A stretch of 57,045 bases of DNA from assembly GCA_016222915.1 (NCBI GenBank), contig JACRQA010000142.1, forward strand, positions 1 to 57,045, in the 5' to 3' direction. Below are positions 8,304 through 18,644 of the stretch, piece by piece. A program made the translations under genes and the position numbers. The first letter of the stretch is position 1. The number at the start of each line of letters is the position of its first letter. The stretch comes from Nitrospirota bacterium. Its GTDB lineage: Bacteria > Nitrospirota > Thermodesulfovibrionia > UBA6902. The notes beneath the pieces are model-generated. The model was not told the origin of the DNA and searched no databases. It saw only the letters and a list, made by a program, of their open reading frames with translations.

Positions 8304-8797
8304 AATTAAAAGGCAAGGTCTGGAAATTCGGTGATAATATAGACACGGACGCGATCATACCCGCCCGCTATCTCAACACATCCGATCCTGTCGAACTCGC
8401 AAAGCACGTGATGGAGGATGCGGACAAGGACTTCCCGTCAAAGGTAAAGGCGGGCGATCTGATCGTTGCCGACTCAAATTTCGGCTGCGGCTCTTCAAGG
8501 GAGCACGCGCCGATAGCCCTTAAAGCCGCAGGCATTCAGGCGGTGGTTGCAAAGAGTTTTGCCCGGATATTCTACAGGAATGCGTTTAACATCGGTCTTC
8601 CCATATTTGAATCTGACGACGCTTCCGTAAAAATCAGTCAGGGCGATGAGATTGAAATCGACGCCGACGGCGGGGTTATCAGGAATATTACTAAAGGCGA
8701 ATCATATACGGCAAAGCCCATTCCCCCATTCATGCAGGAGCTGATCTCCACAGGAGGACTGATTGAATGGACCAGAAAGCGGATAAAGGCTTCATAG
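8300..8797 (+). CDS. leuD: 3-isopropylmalate dehydratase small subunit
   Basis: 165 aa. [14 protein letters not shown] and [10 protein letters not shown] motifs. ATGA overlap with leuC. Confidence 0.9.
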   Translation: MKLKGKVWKFGDNIDTDAIIPARYLNTSDPVELAKHVMEDADKDFPSKVKAGDLIVADSNFGCGSSREHAPIALKAAGIQAVVAKSFARIFYRNAFNIGLPIFESDDASVKISQGDEIEIDADGGVIRNITKGESYTAKPIPPFMQELISTGGLIEWTRKRIKAS

Positions 8798-9690
8798 CCG
8801 CCTACCTCAAACTTCCCAGGAAAGAGCTGAAAGAAAAGGTCCTGCGCGCAGAGGAGATACTGAAGAGCTGCACCCTCTGTCCGCGTAAATGCAAAGTGGA
8901 CAGGACCGATGGTGAAAGAGGGGCCTGTAAAACAGGTGACAGGCCCATTGTCTCAAGCTATAACCCCCATTTCGGAGAAGAGGCCCCTCTTGTAGGCAGC
9001 CGTGGTTCGGGCACTATTTTTTTCACGCGCTGCAACCTCGGGTGCCTGTTCTGCCAGAACTGGACCATCAGTCACCTTGGCGAGGGCAGTGAAATTTCCT
9101 TTGATGCATTGGCCGACATCATGATCGTCCTTCAAAAGGATTACAGCTGTCACAATATTAATTTCGTTACCCCGACCCACCAGGTCCCCATGATCTTAAG
9201 GGCACTCGATATTGCAATTGACAAGGGATTGAATGTCCCCCTCGTTTATAACTGCGGAGGATACGAGACGCCTGAGACTTTAGAAATACTTGACGGCATC
9301 ATCGATATATACATGCCGGATTTTAAGTACGCAGATACCGGACCAGCTGAAAGATATTCAAAGGCAAGGGACTATCCTGAAACAGCAAAAGCAGCGATAA
9401 GGGAAATGCATAAACAGGTCGGAGACCTTGTCATGAATGAAAGGGGCATTGCCCTGAGGGGCCTGCTGGTAAGGCACCTTGTCCTGCCGGAAGGTTTGGC
9501 CGGCACGGAAGAAGTAGTCAGGTTCCTAGCAGAAGAAATCTCCCCGAATACATACACGAACATTATGGCCCAGTATTACCCGTGCTACAAGGCCTCTGAA
9601 CATCCGCCTCTGGACAGAAGGATTACAAGCGACGAATATAGAAAAGCCGTTAAGGCTGCGTGTAATGCCGGGTTGAAGAGACTGGATTAG
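8767..9690 (+). CDS. Radical SAM protein, PflX-like (COG1313-type activase-like)
   Basis: N-terminal Cxx[36 protein letters not shown] contains the CX3CX2C motif. Confidence 0.85.
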   Translation: MDQKADKGFIAAYLKLPRKELKEKVLRAEEILKSCTLCPRKCKVDRTDGERGACKTGDRPIVSSYNPHFGEEAPLVGSRGSGTIFFTRCNLGCLFCQNWTISHLGEGSEISFDALADIMIVLQKDYSCHNINFVTPTHQVPMILRALDIAIDKGLNVPLVYNCGGYETPETLEILDGIIDIYMPDFKYADTGPAERYSKARDYPETAKAAIREMHKQVGDLVMNERGIALRGLLVRHLVLPEGLAGTEEVVRFLAEEISPNTYTNIMAQYYPCYKASEHPPLDRRITSDEYRKAVKAACNAGLKRLD

Positions 9691-9700
9691 GCGCTTGTTT

Positions 9701-9756
9701 CAGGGCGTTGCGCGCCATGCCCTACAGGACGTCAATTTACAAAACCGATTGCAAAT
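9701..9756 (-). repeat. Dispersed intergenic palindromic element, copy 2
   Basis: CAGGGCGTTGCGCGCCATGCCCTACAGGACGTCAATTTACAAAACCGATTGCAAAT aligns with 6182-6239. Sits between convergent gene ends (radical SAM stop 9690, activase stop 9838). Confidence 0.6.
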
Positions 9757-9837
9757 TTATTATCAATCATCGTTGGTGTATTCAAATCCGCTGAATGCCT
9801 GTATGGCAGAAGTTTTTTACAACCAGATGCAAAGCCG

Positions 9838-12800
9838 TTAAGGCAGAACGCAAGGCAGAACGAATGGGTCCGGAGCAGGGCGCTTGCGTGCCGAGTACCT
9901 GAGATACGGAATAATGATATCATTCTTATTCCCCCCGGTCCCATCATACGTAATAGACACCACCGGGGTCCCCGTCTTCTTCTCAATCTCCTTTGCCATC
10001 GCCTCCGTAATCAGCGACGGGCAGCAGAAGGCCGGGCTTGTCTGGACAAAGAGCGCGACATCAGGATAATGTTTCTTTATATAGTAGATCTTCAATATAT
10101 TGTCCATGGATTCCCCGGTGTTCTCTACCCTGATATTATATTCCGACAGTATCTTCTCCGGGGATTCATCATATTCAGGATCGGGTTCCTTCAGGACACG
10201 CTCGAAATATTTGTAATATGTCTTCTCCAGCATGGTTGCGGTGGCAAAGAATGTTTTTGTGGAGAGGACGTTTAAGTATTGTCCTTCAATAAACCATTTC
10301 CTGAAGTACTGCCCGGATATCATCTTCAGAAATGAGCTGAAGGGTGTTGTAATGACCTCGCCGCCGTTGTCCTCAATAAAATGCACCAGGTCCTGGTTCA
10401 TCACCGCATTGTCCCGCACATAGAGATCACCGAAGACAGCTATCTTCGGTCTTGGTCCGTAGCTTACTTCAATGTTCTCAAAATACGATACTACCTCGGC
10501 TACGGCGGATTCTTTTGACCTGTTTCCGAGGAAGGAATCAGCCAGGACATCGATGCTCTTTTTGATCATCCGGTCTGTCTTTCCTTTTTCTATTTCATAA
10601 GGCCGTATCCTGCATCCCATCTTTCTGACAAGCCCGCCGAACATGTATGCGAAATATGAGTTTATCGGGAGCTTTATCGACAGGTCCGCAAATGACATGC
10701 TGCCTGTATAAATTTCCGCATCGGACATGCCGTGCCCGTAGGAATGGAATATGTTTTTAATATGATGGGGGAACATCTTGAGGTTGCAGGCGAGGCCTGT
10801 GGCCATTATCCAGAGGACGGTATTTGCCGGGTCGAGATCATGCTTTTCCACATAATCAATGAATTCCTGGGCAATGATGTTAAGCGGTATACACTGGCCG
10901 CTGTTGAGCCGCAGGCTTTTCTGAATACTGGTGTCCGTCTCTTCCAGAAGCCTGGCGTCGATGCCTTCACTTTTCAGATTGGCAACAACAAGCGGCATAC
11001 TGAGACTGTCCCAGTTGGGGATGAGCAGTGTCTTATTCATGAAATGGTTCTTCTTTGCCGGGACCAGCGGTGGCGCATATATGACAGGCGCCTTTGCCCT
11101 GTCTGAGGTTTGCGCTGAATGGTGATTTCTGAAAGACCGTACGGCCGCCTCGATCCTGGTCTCATAGCCCACACTTGAAGAATGCTCATCCAGTTGCAGG
11201 ATTAGATAGGGCTTTTCATGGGATTCCATGAGCTTTTTAAAATACTCTACTGCAAAAGAATCAGGTGAACAGTTGAAAGAGGTCACATATACCGGATACG
11301 CCCTGCCGGTCTTTGCGACAACCTCTGCCGCCTTCAGTATCTCAGAGGCATAATGCCAGGGCAGCTCATTGCAGAGCGGCTCGATAGACTTAACATCTTC
11401 ATGGGTATAAGACAGCATGTCCTGATAAAACGCCTTGATGCCCTGCGAGGCAAAAATGCCGGGGATACCGCTGTTCATGGATGCAGGGAGTATTGAATAT
11501 GGCCTGCCGATAAATACAACGTGAATATCATCGGCGTCTACGGACTCTCTCTTGTAAAGTTCTTTCAGCCTGGACGAGCAGAATGCCTTGAATTCAAGCG
11601 CCCGGTCATATGCCCTGGAAACATCAAAGTAACTGATATCATGGTTTATGACCGGCTTCAGAATATTATAGAGCTGTACCTTTGTATAAATGGGATTGTA
11701 CAGATAATTGACCAGGGGCATAAGGAACCTGTTCGTGCCCGGGGCGCTCAGATTGGAAACAAGCGAAGATGAAAACTGAGTGTAGTAGCAGAACTGGCGT
11801 CTCACATTCTTTTCGTCCTGTTTCTTCTCAAGATAATAGGGCATGAATACATAATCCGCCCTGTCCAGGAGGTATTTCACATGTCCGTGCAGGGCGGTCA
11901 GAGGAGCGCAGAATTCAGCGCCTGCCATGCGCTTGCCCTCTTTTACCGCTTCAGTATAAGGCTCACTCGTCATGGTCTTTACAGACAACTGGTCAAAGAA
12001 ATATTTCCACATGGGCAGATCTTCAAACAGGTGGAGCGCAGAAGGGATACCGATAGTTACATATTCCCTTGTCGGGTTAAAGGAAAGGACCTTCTTCCTT
12101 TCCTTAAGCAAGTCAAAACCGGAGAGATTATTGTTAATGAATTTTTTCGTGTCATAGTCCCTGCCGCAGAGGAACCCGTACGCGACGCTTTCACCGTCAA
12201 CATCGGCGATGGTTATCTTGCAGTGATTGGTGCAGAGCTCGCATACTTCAGACCTGACCGGTATGTCTTTTTTGTAAAGCCGCAGTCCCTTGAACCTGCT
12301 TTCTTCAACATCCTGCTCAATCAGCATCAGCGCAACTCCGAGCGCCCCTGTCAGATGGCAGTACCTTGACACGTGTATCGGCTTATTCAGCCTCTGTTCA
12401 AAGGCGGCGACAAGGGCCTTGTTCTTTGCAGTCGCGCCCTGAAAGCATATGGTATTTCCTATGCTGCTTTCGATAGCGACCTTTGTCAGGTAGTTTTCCC
12501 TTATGGAATGGAGCACGGATGCAAGGACCTCATCGACCGAATACCCCTCACTCAAGTAATGATTGATGTCCCTCTCCATAAACACCGTGCAGCGGTCACT
12601 CGCTATAGGCGCCCTCTTGCCTTCTGCCCGTGAGGAATACTCAGAAAGGGGGCACATTAATTTCAGGGCCTGCTCTTCGATAAAGCTCCCGGTCCCGGCA
12701 GCGCATACATTGTTCATTGCAGAGAAGGTGACCATGCCTTTTCTCAAAGTGGTGAATTTTGAGTCCTGGCCCCCGATCTCGATTATGGTGTCAACCTCAG

Positions 12801-14085
12801 GACCAAGTTCAAAGGCAGCCCGGGCATGGGCCGTGATCTCGTCTACGATAAGGTCGGCCCCGATTATCTTCCCTGAGAATTTCCTTCCGGCGCCGGTGGT
12901 CCCGGCCCCGATGATCTTGAGACGGATATCGTTCTTTTCAATAACGTCATCAATGGACGCGAATAATTTCTGGACCGCTTGGACAGGCCTACCGGCGGTC
13001 CTTGTGTAAAAACCCGCGAGGACCTTCCTGTTCCTGTCAACCAGTATGGCCTTCGTGCTTGTAGAGCCGATATCGATCCCCATGTAAACTTCATATTTAT
13101 TTAAGGGTAAAATATGCTCGTAAATATCGACTTCCACAGGGTACATGCCCTCTGGACCGAATGCGGTATATTCATATTTTTCAACACTGCTGAAATCAGG
13201 ATAGTCAGAGAGCTTCAGACTTAGCGGCTCATAGTAATGCTTCTTCTTCAGAGGCATGTGAATAATGATATCGTCAACAGAATTAATATCTGTCTTATCC
13301 CGCCTGATCGGTTCATCAAGAAGGTTTAATCCGGCTCCGATGGCCCCGTAGAGGTAAGACAGTTCATCCGCGATAATATTCAGGCCGATAATTGATTGTA
13401 TATGTCTGGCAACGGCCCTGTTCCTTGATACCCCGCCGGTGAATATAACGGGCGGATTTGTCTGTTCGCCTTTTATAAGCGTGTCCACAATATTCTTTGC
13501 CAATCCGTAACACAGACCGTCGCAGATCTCCTCCAGGGAGTAACCCTCCTGCTGCGCATGCACAAGGTCTGTCTTTGCAAATACCGCGCACCTGGTGGCG
13601 ATCTTCGGGATAGTGCCTTTATTATTGAAAGCTATACGGCTCAGCTCTTCTATCCCGCTTAAGTTCAGCCTCCTGGCCTGCTGGTCCAGAAAGCTGCCGG
13701 TGCCTGCCGCGCATGAGCTGTTTGACTTGAAATTCCGGTAATTGCCGTTTTCATCAAAGCTTATTAAACCGAACTTCTCACCACCGACTATTAAAATGGC
13801 CCCGACCTTCTCATGGAAATGCCGGGCGGCTGTAATGATGGATATCCGGTTGTCATACCGACTGTTTGCTTTTATGACTGACGGGGTCGAGGATGTTGAG
13901 GCGATCCCGCAAATGCCGGCCAGGTCAAAATCCTTCAGGAGCTTTTTAAGGGTATCGATGATATTGCCGTGATGGAATCCATAGGCTGTCTTAACGACTT
14001 CTTTTTCCGGATTCATTTCAACAATTGAAATGGAGACTGATCCGATATCAATTCCGAGGATGTTTGAGCTGTTTTGAGTTCTCAT
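9838..14085 (-). CDS. Large BcrAD/BadFG-type ATPase fusion (CoA-substrate-specific enzyme activase / 2-hydroxyacyl-CoA dehydratase-related)
   Basis: 1415 aa. Two actin-fold ATPase modules (GIDIGSVS..., GIDIGSTSTKAILVD; CAAGTGSF twice) followed by a long dehydratase-component-like C-terminal region. Confidence 0.85.
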   Translation of the reverse strand: MRTQNSSNILGIDIGSVSISIVEMNPEKEVVKTAYGFHHGNIIDTLKKLLKDFDLAGICGIASTSSTPSVIKANSRYDNRISIITAARHFHEKVGAILIVGGEKFGLISFDENGNYRNFKSNSSCAAGTGSFLDQQARRLNLSGIEELSRIAFNNKGTIPKIATRCAVFAKTDLVHAQQEGYSLEEICDGLCYGLAKNIVDTLIKGEQTNPPVIFTGGVSRNRAVARHIQSIIGLNIIADELSYLYGAIGAGLNLLDEPIRRDKTDINSVDDIIIHMPLKKKHYYEPLSLKLSDYPDFSSVEKYEYTAFGPEGMYPVEVDIYEHILPLNKYEVYMGIDIGSTSTKAILVDRNRKVLAGFYTRTAGRPVQAVQKLFASIDDVIEKNDIRLKIIGAGTTGAGRKFSGKIIGADLIVDEITAHARAAFELGPEVDTIIEIGGQDSKFTTLRKGMVTFSAMNNVCAAGTGSFIEEQALKLMCPLSEYSSRAEGKRAPIASDRCTVFMERDINHYLSEGYSVDEVLASVLHSIRENYLTKVAIESSIGNTICFQGATAKNKALVAAFEQRLNKPIHVSRYCHLTGALGVALMLIEQDVEESRFKGLRLYKKDIPVRSEVCELCTNHCKITIADVDGESVAYGFLCGRDYDTKKFINNNLSGFDLLKERKKVLSFNPTREYVTIGIPSALHLFEDLPMWKYFFDQLSVKTMTSEPYTEAVKEGKRMAGAEFCAPLTALHGHVKYLLDRADYVFMPYYLEKKQDEKNVRRQFCYYTQFSSSLVSNLSAPGTNRFLMPLVNYLYNPIYTKVQLYNILKPVINHDISYFDVSRAYDRALEFKAFCSSRLKELYKRESVDADDIHVVFIGRPYSILPASMNSGIPGIFASQGIKAFYQDMLSYTHEDVKSIEPLCNELPWHYASEILKAAEVVAKTGRAYPVYVTSFNCSPDSFAVEYFKKLMESHEKPYLILQLDEHSSSVGYETRIEAAVRSFRNHHSAQTSDRAKAPVIYAPPLVPAKKNHFMNKTLLIPNWDSLSMPLVVANLKSEGIDARLLEETDTSIQKSLRLNSGQCIPLNIIAQEFIDYVEKHDLDPANTVLWIMATGLACNLKMFPHHIKNIFHSYGHGMSDAEIYTGSMSFADLSIKLPINSYFAYMFGGLVRKMGCRIRPYEIEKGKTDRMIKKSIDVLADSFLGNRSKESAVAEVVSYFENIEVSYGPRPKIAVFGDLYVRDNAVMNQDLVHFIEDNGGEVITTPFSSFLKMISGQYFRKWFIEGQYLNVLSTKTFFATATMLEKTYYKYFERVLKEPDPEYDESPEKILSEYNIRVENTGESMDNILKIYYIKKHYPDVALFVQTSPAFCCPSLITEAMAKEIEKKTGTPVVSITYDGTGGNKNDIIIPYLRYSARKRPAPDPFVLPCVLP

Positions 14086-14246
14086 TTAGACACCAACTGT
14101 TTTCCGTCCCCTTTTTACGGCGGGTCCGGCCTTATTGGGACAGCATATCTATTTAATAGCACATATTGTCTTAGATGTCTATCGATTGTTTGTTCAGACG
14201 AACAGCGCGATGTATAAATGAGGCTGGAACGACAAGATAAGCGCCA

Positions 14247-14268
14247 ACCCCAAGTTTTCTCTTGGGGT
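14247..14268 (-). terminator. Hairpin downstream of the helicase gene (weak terminator candidate)
   Basis: ACCCCAAG-N6-CTTGGGGT, 34 nt past the helicase stop. No clear U-tract. Confidence 0.3.
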
Positions 14269-14301
14269 CAAGACTCATATCAGTGAATAGTGCAAACCTG
14301 T

Positions 14302-15651
14302 TCAAATAACAGGACTGTGGGTTCGGCCAGTGCCTGACGTTGAAGTAAATGAGTGACGCGCAAAACGCCGCTTTGATGTATTTTGGACTTTTGCACCTTT
14401 AAACTTCCGTGCTTCTGGTTTCCCTTCATTATGCTTCTTCTGTTTTGGCGCAGCAGCAGCAGTGTTGGTCCTGCGGCGCTGTTTTTCCCTTGGCGGACGG
14501 GCAAATTCGGTATCACGCGCAGGCGTCTGCTTTTTATAATCAAAACCTTCAAGCATGCAACGCTCCACTTTTTCACCAAGTACGCGTTCAATGCTGCGCA
14601 CCATGTCGCCGTCTTCGCGGGTAATGAACGTAAAGGCATCTCCGGTCTTTGCAGCGCGTCCTGTGCGGCCTATCCGGTGCGTATATGCATCGGCAGTGTC
14701 CGGCATGTCGTAGTTGATGACATGGGATATGCTTGATACATCTATGCCGCGGGCCGCTATATCTGTTGCGACAAGCACCTGGTACGAGCCGTCACGGAAC
14801 CCGTCGAGGGCAGCCTGACGTCTATTTTGCGAAAGGTTCCCCTGCATCGATGCAGCGCGGTAACCGGCCGTCTCCAGTTGTTGTCCCACGCGCTTGGCGC
14901 GGTGCTTGGTGCGTGTAAATATCAATACCGATTCAGTATCTGTTTTGCGCAGCAGTTCCAGGAGAAGAGCGGTTTTGAGGTGCTGATCAACAGGATAAAG
15001 GGCATGTGCAACCGTATTTATCGGTGCCGTGTGATTGACCTGCACAGTGACCGGCGCATGCAGGACTTCGTTAGCAAGGTGTCTGATACTATCAGGCATG
15101 GTCGCCGAGAATAATAATGTCTGTCTCCTGGCCGGCACTTGCCTGATGATCTTGCGGATATCAGGTAAAAAGCCCATGTCGAACATCCGGTCTGCCTCGT
15201 CCAGGACGAGCACCTCGATTTGCGACAGGTTTATTGTGCGCTGATTAATGTGGTCGAGCAAGCGCCCCGGACAGGCAACGACTATCTCTGCACCGTTGCG
15301 AAGCTTCTCTATCTGCGGGTTCATCCCTACGCCGCCATAAACAGTTGCGCTCCGGAGGCGCGTCTGCCTTCCCAAATTGCCGATCGTCTCGTGGATCTGC
15401 TGCGCCAGTTCGCGCGTCGGCGCGATAACGAGCGCACGGAGACGGCCGCGGGGGCCTTGCATCAAACGATGCAGTATAGGCAGCACAAAGGCCGCTGTTT
15501 TTCCTGTTCCTGTTTGTGCCAGTCCCATTACATCGTGTCCCTCAAGTACCGGCGGTATCGCCTGCGTCTGTATCGGTGTAGGCGTTACATATCCTGCGGC
15601 CTTTACCCCGGCCGCAACATTGGGGTGAAAATCAAATTCATTAAATTCCAT
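14302..15651 (-). CDS. DEAD-box ATP-dependent RNA helicase (RhlE-like) with basic C-terminal tail
   Basis: Motifs AQTGTGKT, PTRELA, DEAD, SAT, HRIGRTGR. Preferred start is ATG 15651, with AGGAG 4 nt upstream, rather than the track's 15696. Confidence 0.9.
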   Translation of the reverse strand: MEFNEFDFHPNVAAGVKAAGYVTPTPIQTQAIPPVLEGHDVMGLAQTGTGKTAAFVLPILHRLMQGPRGRLRALVIAPTRELAQQIHETIGNLGRQTRLRSATVYGGVGMNPQIEKLRNGAEIVVACPGRLLDHINQRTINLSQIEVLVLDEADRMFDMGFLPDIRKIIRQVPARRQTLLFSATMPDSIRHLANEVLHAPVTVQVNHTAPINTVAHALYPVDQHLKTALLLELLRKTDTESVLIFTRTKHRAKRVGQQLETAGYRAASMQGNLSQNRRQAALDGFRDGSYQVLVATDIAARGIDVSSISHVINYDMPDTADAYTHRIGRTGRAAKTGDAFTFITREDGDMVRSIERVLGEKVERCMLEGFDYKKQTPARDTEFARPPREKQRRRTNTAAAAPKQKKHNEGKPEARKFKGAKVQNTSKRRFARHSFTSTSGTGRTHSPVI

Positions 15652-15860
15652 AAAACTCCTTCTTTCTTTTGTTCTGCGTTCGGGGGAATAAGCCAAGGTG
15701 TATTCGGGGGATTACAATGACGTAGTTCTCATCCGGGTACTGCAGTTATTTGTTGCCTAAGCGTAACAGTTTGGGGAAGTTGTGTCAAGAGATCCATGTT
15801 GACGTCATCTTATTTTTATGGTAAAAGAAAAACAAGTTGATGAATTGACGCAGGTGCGTT

Positions 15861-16889
15861 ATGGCTTTATATGAAGGCGCAGCCACTGATGAATTGACAA
15901 TTCATTCTTTACGGAAAACGTTATCTCTGTACGCCAAACCGGACCTGCGGCAGGCGGTACTGCAGATGATCAATACGTTTATTCCCTACAGTGCGTTGTG
16001 GGGTGTTCTTGTTTACATGGTGGACCGGAAGTACCCACTCGTATGGACATTATCGCTCATTTGCATCGCATCACTATTTTTGGTGCGCATATTTATATTT
16101 TTTCATGACTGCGCGCACCATTCATTTTTTGCCTCACAGCGGGCCAATAAGGTCATTGGTTATGTGACAGGCATATTGACCTTTACCCCCTTTACATACT
16201 GGCAGCATAACCATCTTGTCCATCACGGCACTTATGCGGACCTCGATCACAGGGGTGTCGGGGATATCTGGACATTGACGGTTGATGAGTACCGGGCGGC
16301 TTCCAGGAGGACACAATTGGCTTACCGGCTTTATCGCAATCCTTTCGTATTTCTCGGAATCGGGCCGGGGTACTCTTTTTTGATTACCCAGCGTTACCTG
16401 CACCAATGGAAGGGGAAGAATGAGCACTTTAGCGTGGCGTTTACCAATCTGGCCATTTTGGTGATTATTATAACAGCCGGTCTGACGATCGGGTTGAAGA
16501 CCTATCTGCTTATCCAACTCCCGGTACTCCTGCTTGCCGGGACCTTTGGGGTGTGGCTGTTCTACGTTCAACATGAATTCGAGGGGGTGTATTGGTCCCG
16601 TCATGAGACGTGGGACCCGGTGAAAGCTGCTTTGAAAGGGAGCTCTTATTACAAACTTCCCAGGGTGCTCCAGTGGTTTTCAGGCAATATTGGTTTGCAC
16701 CATGTCCACCATGTGCTTCCCCGGATCCCGAACTATAAGCTGCAACAATGCTACAACGCATCACCCGTTATGCAGACCGTGAAGCCCCTGACCATCCGCA
16801 AAAGCCTCAAGTCATTTTCCCTGAATTTGTGGGATGAGAAACAACAGAAGATGGTAAGTTTTAAGTCTTTGAAGGAAAGGGTGAAGTGA
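15861..16889 (+). CDS. Membrane fatty-acid desaturase
   Basis: Three His boxes (HDCAHH, HNHLVHH, HHVHH) and multiple TM segments. Confidence 0.85.
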   Translation: MALYEGAATDELTIHSLRKTLSLYAKPDLRQAVLQMINTFIPYSALWGVLVYMVDRKYPLVWTLSLICIASLFLVRIFIFFHDCAHHSFFASQRANKVIGYVTGILTFTPFTYWQHNHLVHHGTYADLDHRGVGDIWTLTVDEYRAASRRTQLAYRLYRNPFVFLGIGPGYSFLITQRYLHQWKGKNEHFSVAFTNLAILVIIITAGLTIGLKTYLLIQLPVLLLAGTFGVWLFYVQHEFEGVYWSRHETWDPVKAALKGSSYYKLPRVLQWFSGNIGLHHVHHVLPRIPNYKLQQCYNASPVMQTVKPLTIRKSLKSFSLNLWDEKQQKMVSFKSLKERVK

Positions 16890-17110
16890 CCCAATATACT
16901 GTAACGACTTTCGGTCACAGCTAATTCAGCGTGACACTTTGCCTTCAGATGGCTCTATATAAATTATGCGATACCCCCAGGTGATTAGACTCTTGAGCTC
17001 TTATTAACTACGGGAATTATAGGGTCGAATTTATACAAATAGTTGCACGGCTGCCAATTGTGTGATACGTTTTACTTATAGAAGAAATATATATAACAGG
17101 AGGTGATAAT

Positions 17111-17719
17111 ATGAAATCGGCGACTAAAATAGATGTAAAAAGCAAGCTGACTATTTTACATGATATCACGCATGAGACGTGTGAATTTATTGCGGCCATG
17201 CAGACTGCATTCATTTATAACACGACTAAACCTTTAGAGGAATACAGGACAAAGGCTGAGGCTGTCCGGAAAGAGACAGGTCCACTGTCGGCAATTCTTA
17301 AGGAAGCTGCCTCGGATGAAGCAGTCGTGAAGCCGTATGTAGTGGTCCCGGAGCACCTTGCGAACATCTGGAACAGCCTTGACAAGCTGTCCGGCCTGAT
17401 AGATAAAAAGATCAGTGATAAAGTCCTTTTCTCCGACAAGGCGGTCAATGAAACGATATATCTTCTTCAAAGGCTGGTGGAGATACTGAGACCTGCAGCG
17501 GACATCATCCTTGCGAGGAACACGTTTTTGAGCAAATACGTACAGGAATCCCAGGCGAACATTGAAAGCATGGCGGATGAGTATGCCACATTACACGAAA
17601 ACAGGTTAATAACAGGGGAATGCCTGCCGGTGGCTTCTTCTATTTATGTGGGCATGCTTGGAGCGATCAAGAGCATTGCATGGCATACGAAAGAGATAGC
17701 GACAATTCTTGGTAAATGA
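17111..17719 (+). CDS. Hypothetical helical protein (weak PhoU-like impression only)
   Basis: 202-aa ORF with AGGAGG-type RBS (ACAGGAGGTGATAATATG). No motif I can name confidently. Confidence 0.5.
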   Translation: MKSATKIDVKSKLTILHDITHETCEFIAAMQTAFIYNTTKPLEEYRTKAEAVRKETGPLSAILKEAASDEAVVKPYVVVPEHLANIWNSLDKLSGLIDKKISDKVLFSDKAVNETIYLLQRLVEILRPAADIILARNTFLSKYVQESQANIESMADEYATLHENRLITGECLPVASSIYVGMLGAIKSIAWHTKEIATILGK

Positions 17720-17775
17720 TGTTATCCGGGTTTAGAGTCAGGAGTTACGGACAGAAACTGACTTGACTCTAAACC

Positions 17776-18480
17776 TTAACTCATGACTTTATACTCGCCG
17801 CTGATTATGTCCTGAAGGGCCTTCTTGTTGATCAACCTGATCCGCCTGCCGCTGACTTCAAGCACCCCTTGTTCACTCAATCTGCGCAGTATCCGGGAAA
17901 GCGTCTCCGGTATTGTTCCAAGGAGGCTTGCGAGCTGGCCTTTTGAGATGTCCATCTCTACAATGTCGCTGCAACCTTTCCGTTCACACAGATAGAGGAA
18001 ATATGCGGCAAGCCTGCCGGGGACTTCCTTGAGAGAGAGGTCTTCAATCATCCTGGTGAAGTGCTGAAGGCGCATTGCAAGGTTGGCCATCATGTTCATT
18101 ACGACTGAGGGATCTTTACGCACGAGGGCCATAAAGTCTTTTCGCGGGAAAAAGAGCGCTATCGTCTTTTCCATCGCGTCGGCGTGGGCGGGATACGGGG
18201 TCCCTGCAAAAGCGGAAACCGCGCCGAGGAGTTCTTTCGGGCCGACTATATGAAGGATCTGCTCCTTTCCCTCCGGAGACAGTTTGTATACCTTGACCCT
18301 GCCCCTCATAATAATATAAAACCCGGAGGACTCGCTTCCCTCCGAGAATATATTTTCCCCTTTGATAAATTCCTTTTCCGTAAATATCCCCTGAAGCATC
18401 TTCAGTGATTGTTCGGGCAGATTATGGAAGAGGGGGATGTTCATCATTGGTGATGACTTGTGGGTCTTTTTCATATTCAT
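17776..18480 (-). CDS. hcpR: Crp/Fnr-family transcription regulator, HcpR-like by context
   Basis: cNMP-binding fold (FSEGSESSGFYIIMRGRVKVY) plus a C-terminal HTH (SKGQLASLLGTIPETLSRILRRL). Divergent from hcp. Confidence 0.75.
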   Translation of the reverse strand: MNMKKTHKSSPMMNIPLFHNLPEQSLKMLQGIFTEKEFIKGENIFSEGSESSGFYIIMRGRVKVYKLSPEGKEQILHIVGPKELLGAVSAFAGTPYPAHADAMEKTIALFFPRKDFMALVRKDPSVVMNMMANLAMRLQHFTRMIEDLSLKEVPGRLAAYFLYLCERKGCSDIVEMDISKGQLASLLGTIPETLSRILRRLSEQGVLEVSGRRIRLINKKALQDIISGEYKVMS

Positions 18481-18542
18481 ATTGGGTACTTTAATACCAT
18501 GATTCAGCCCTTTGTGTCAAAAGGAAAAATATTTTATGTTTA

Positions 18543-18584
18543 TTGACATAAGTCAAGGATATCCTGCTCAGCCCGGTTTAATAT
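18543..18584 (+). promoter_or_regulatory. FNR/CRP-type palindrome TTGACATAAGTCAA with a correctly spaced -10 (class II activator geometry) upstream of hcp
   Basis: TTGAC-N4-GTCAA at 18543-18556. TAATAT at 18579-18584 lies 29.5 bp from the palindrome centre, as expected for a site centred at -41.5. Confidence 0.5.
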
Positions 18585-18644
18585 AAAACCAGAGAATGAA
18601 AAGATTGCGGACAACGTAATCATATAAACCAAAGGAGGAACACT

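Noticed and set aside
9884-13972. Numerous plus-strand ORFs (60-160 aa) overlapping the 1415-aa activase gene. The same situation applies opposite the helicase (14383-15720), the M48 protease (824-2114) and hcp.
   Set aside because: They are antisense or out-of-frame ORFs inside long genes with clear motifs. They have low-complexity, Arg/Cys-rich translations and no RBS.
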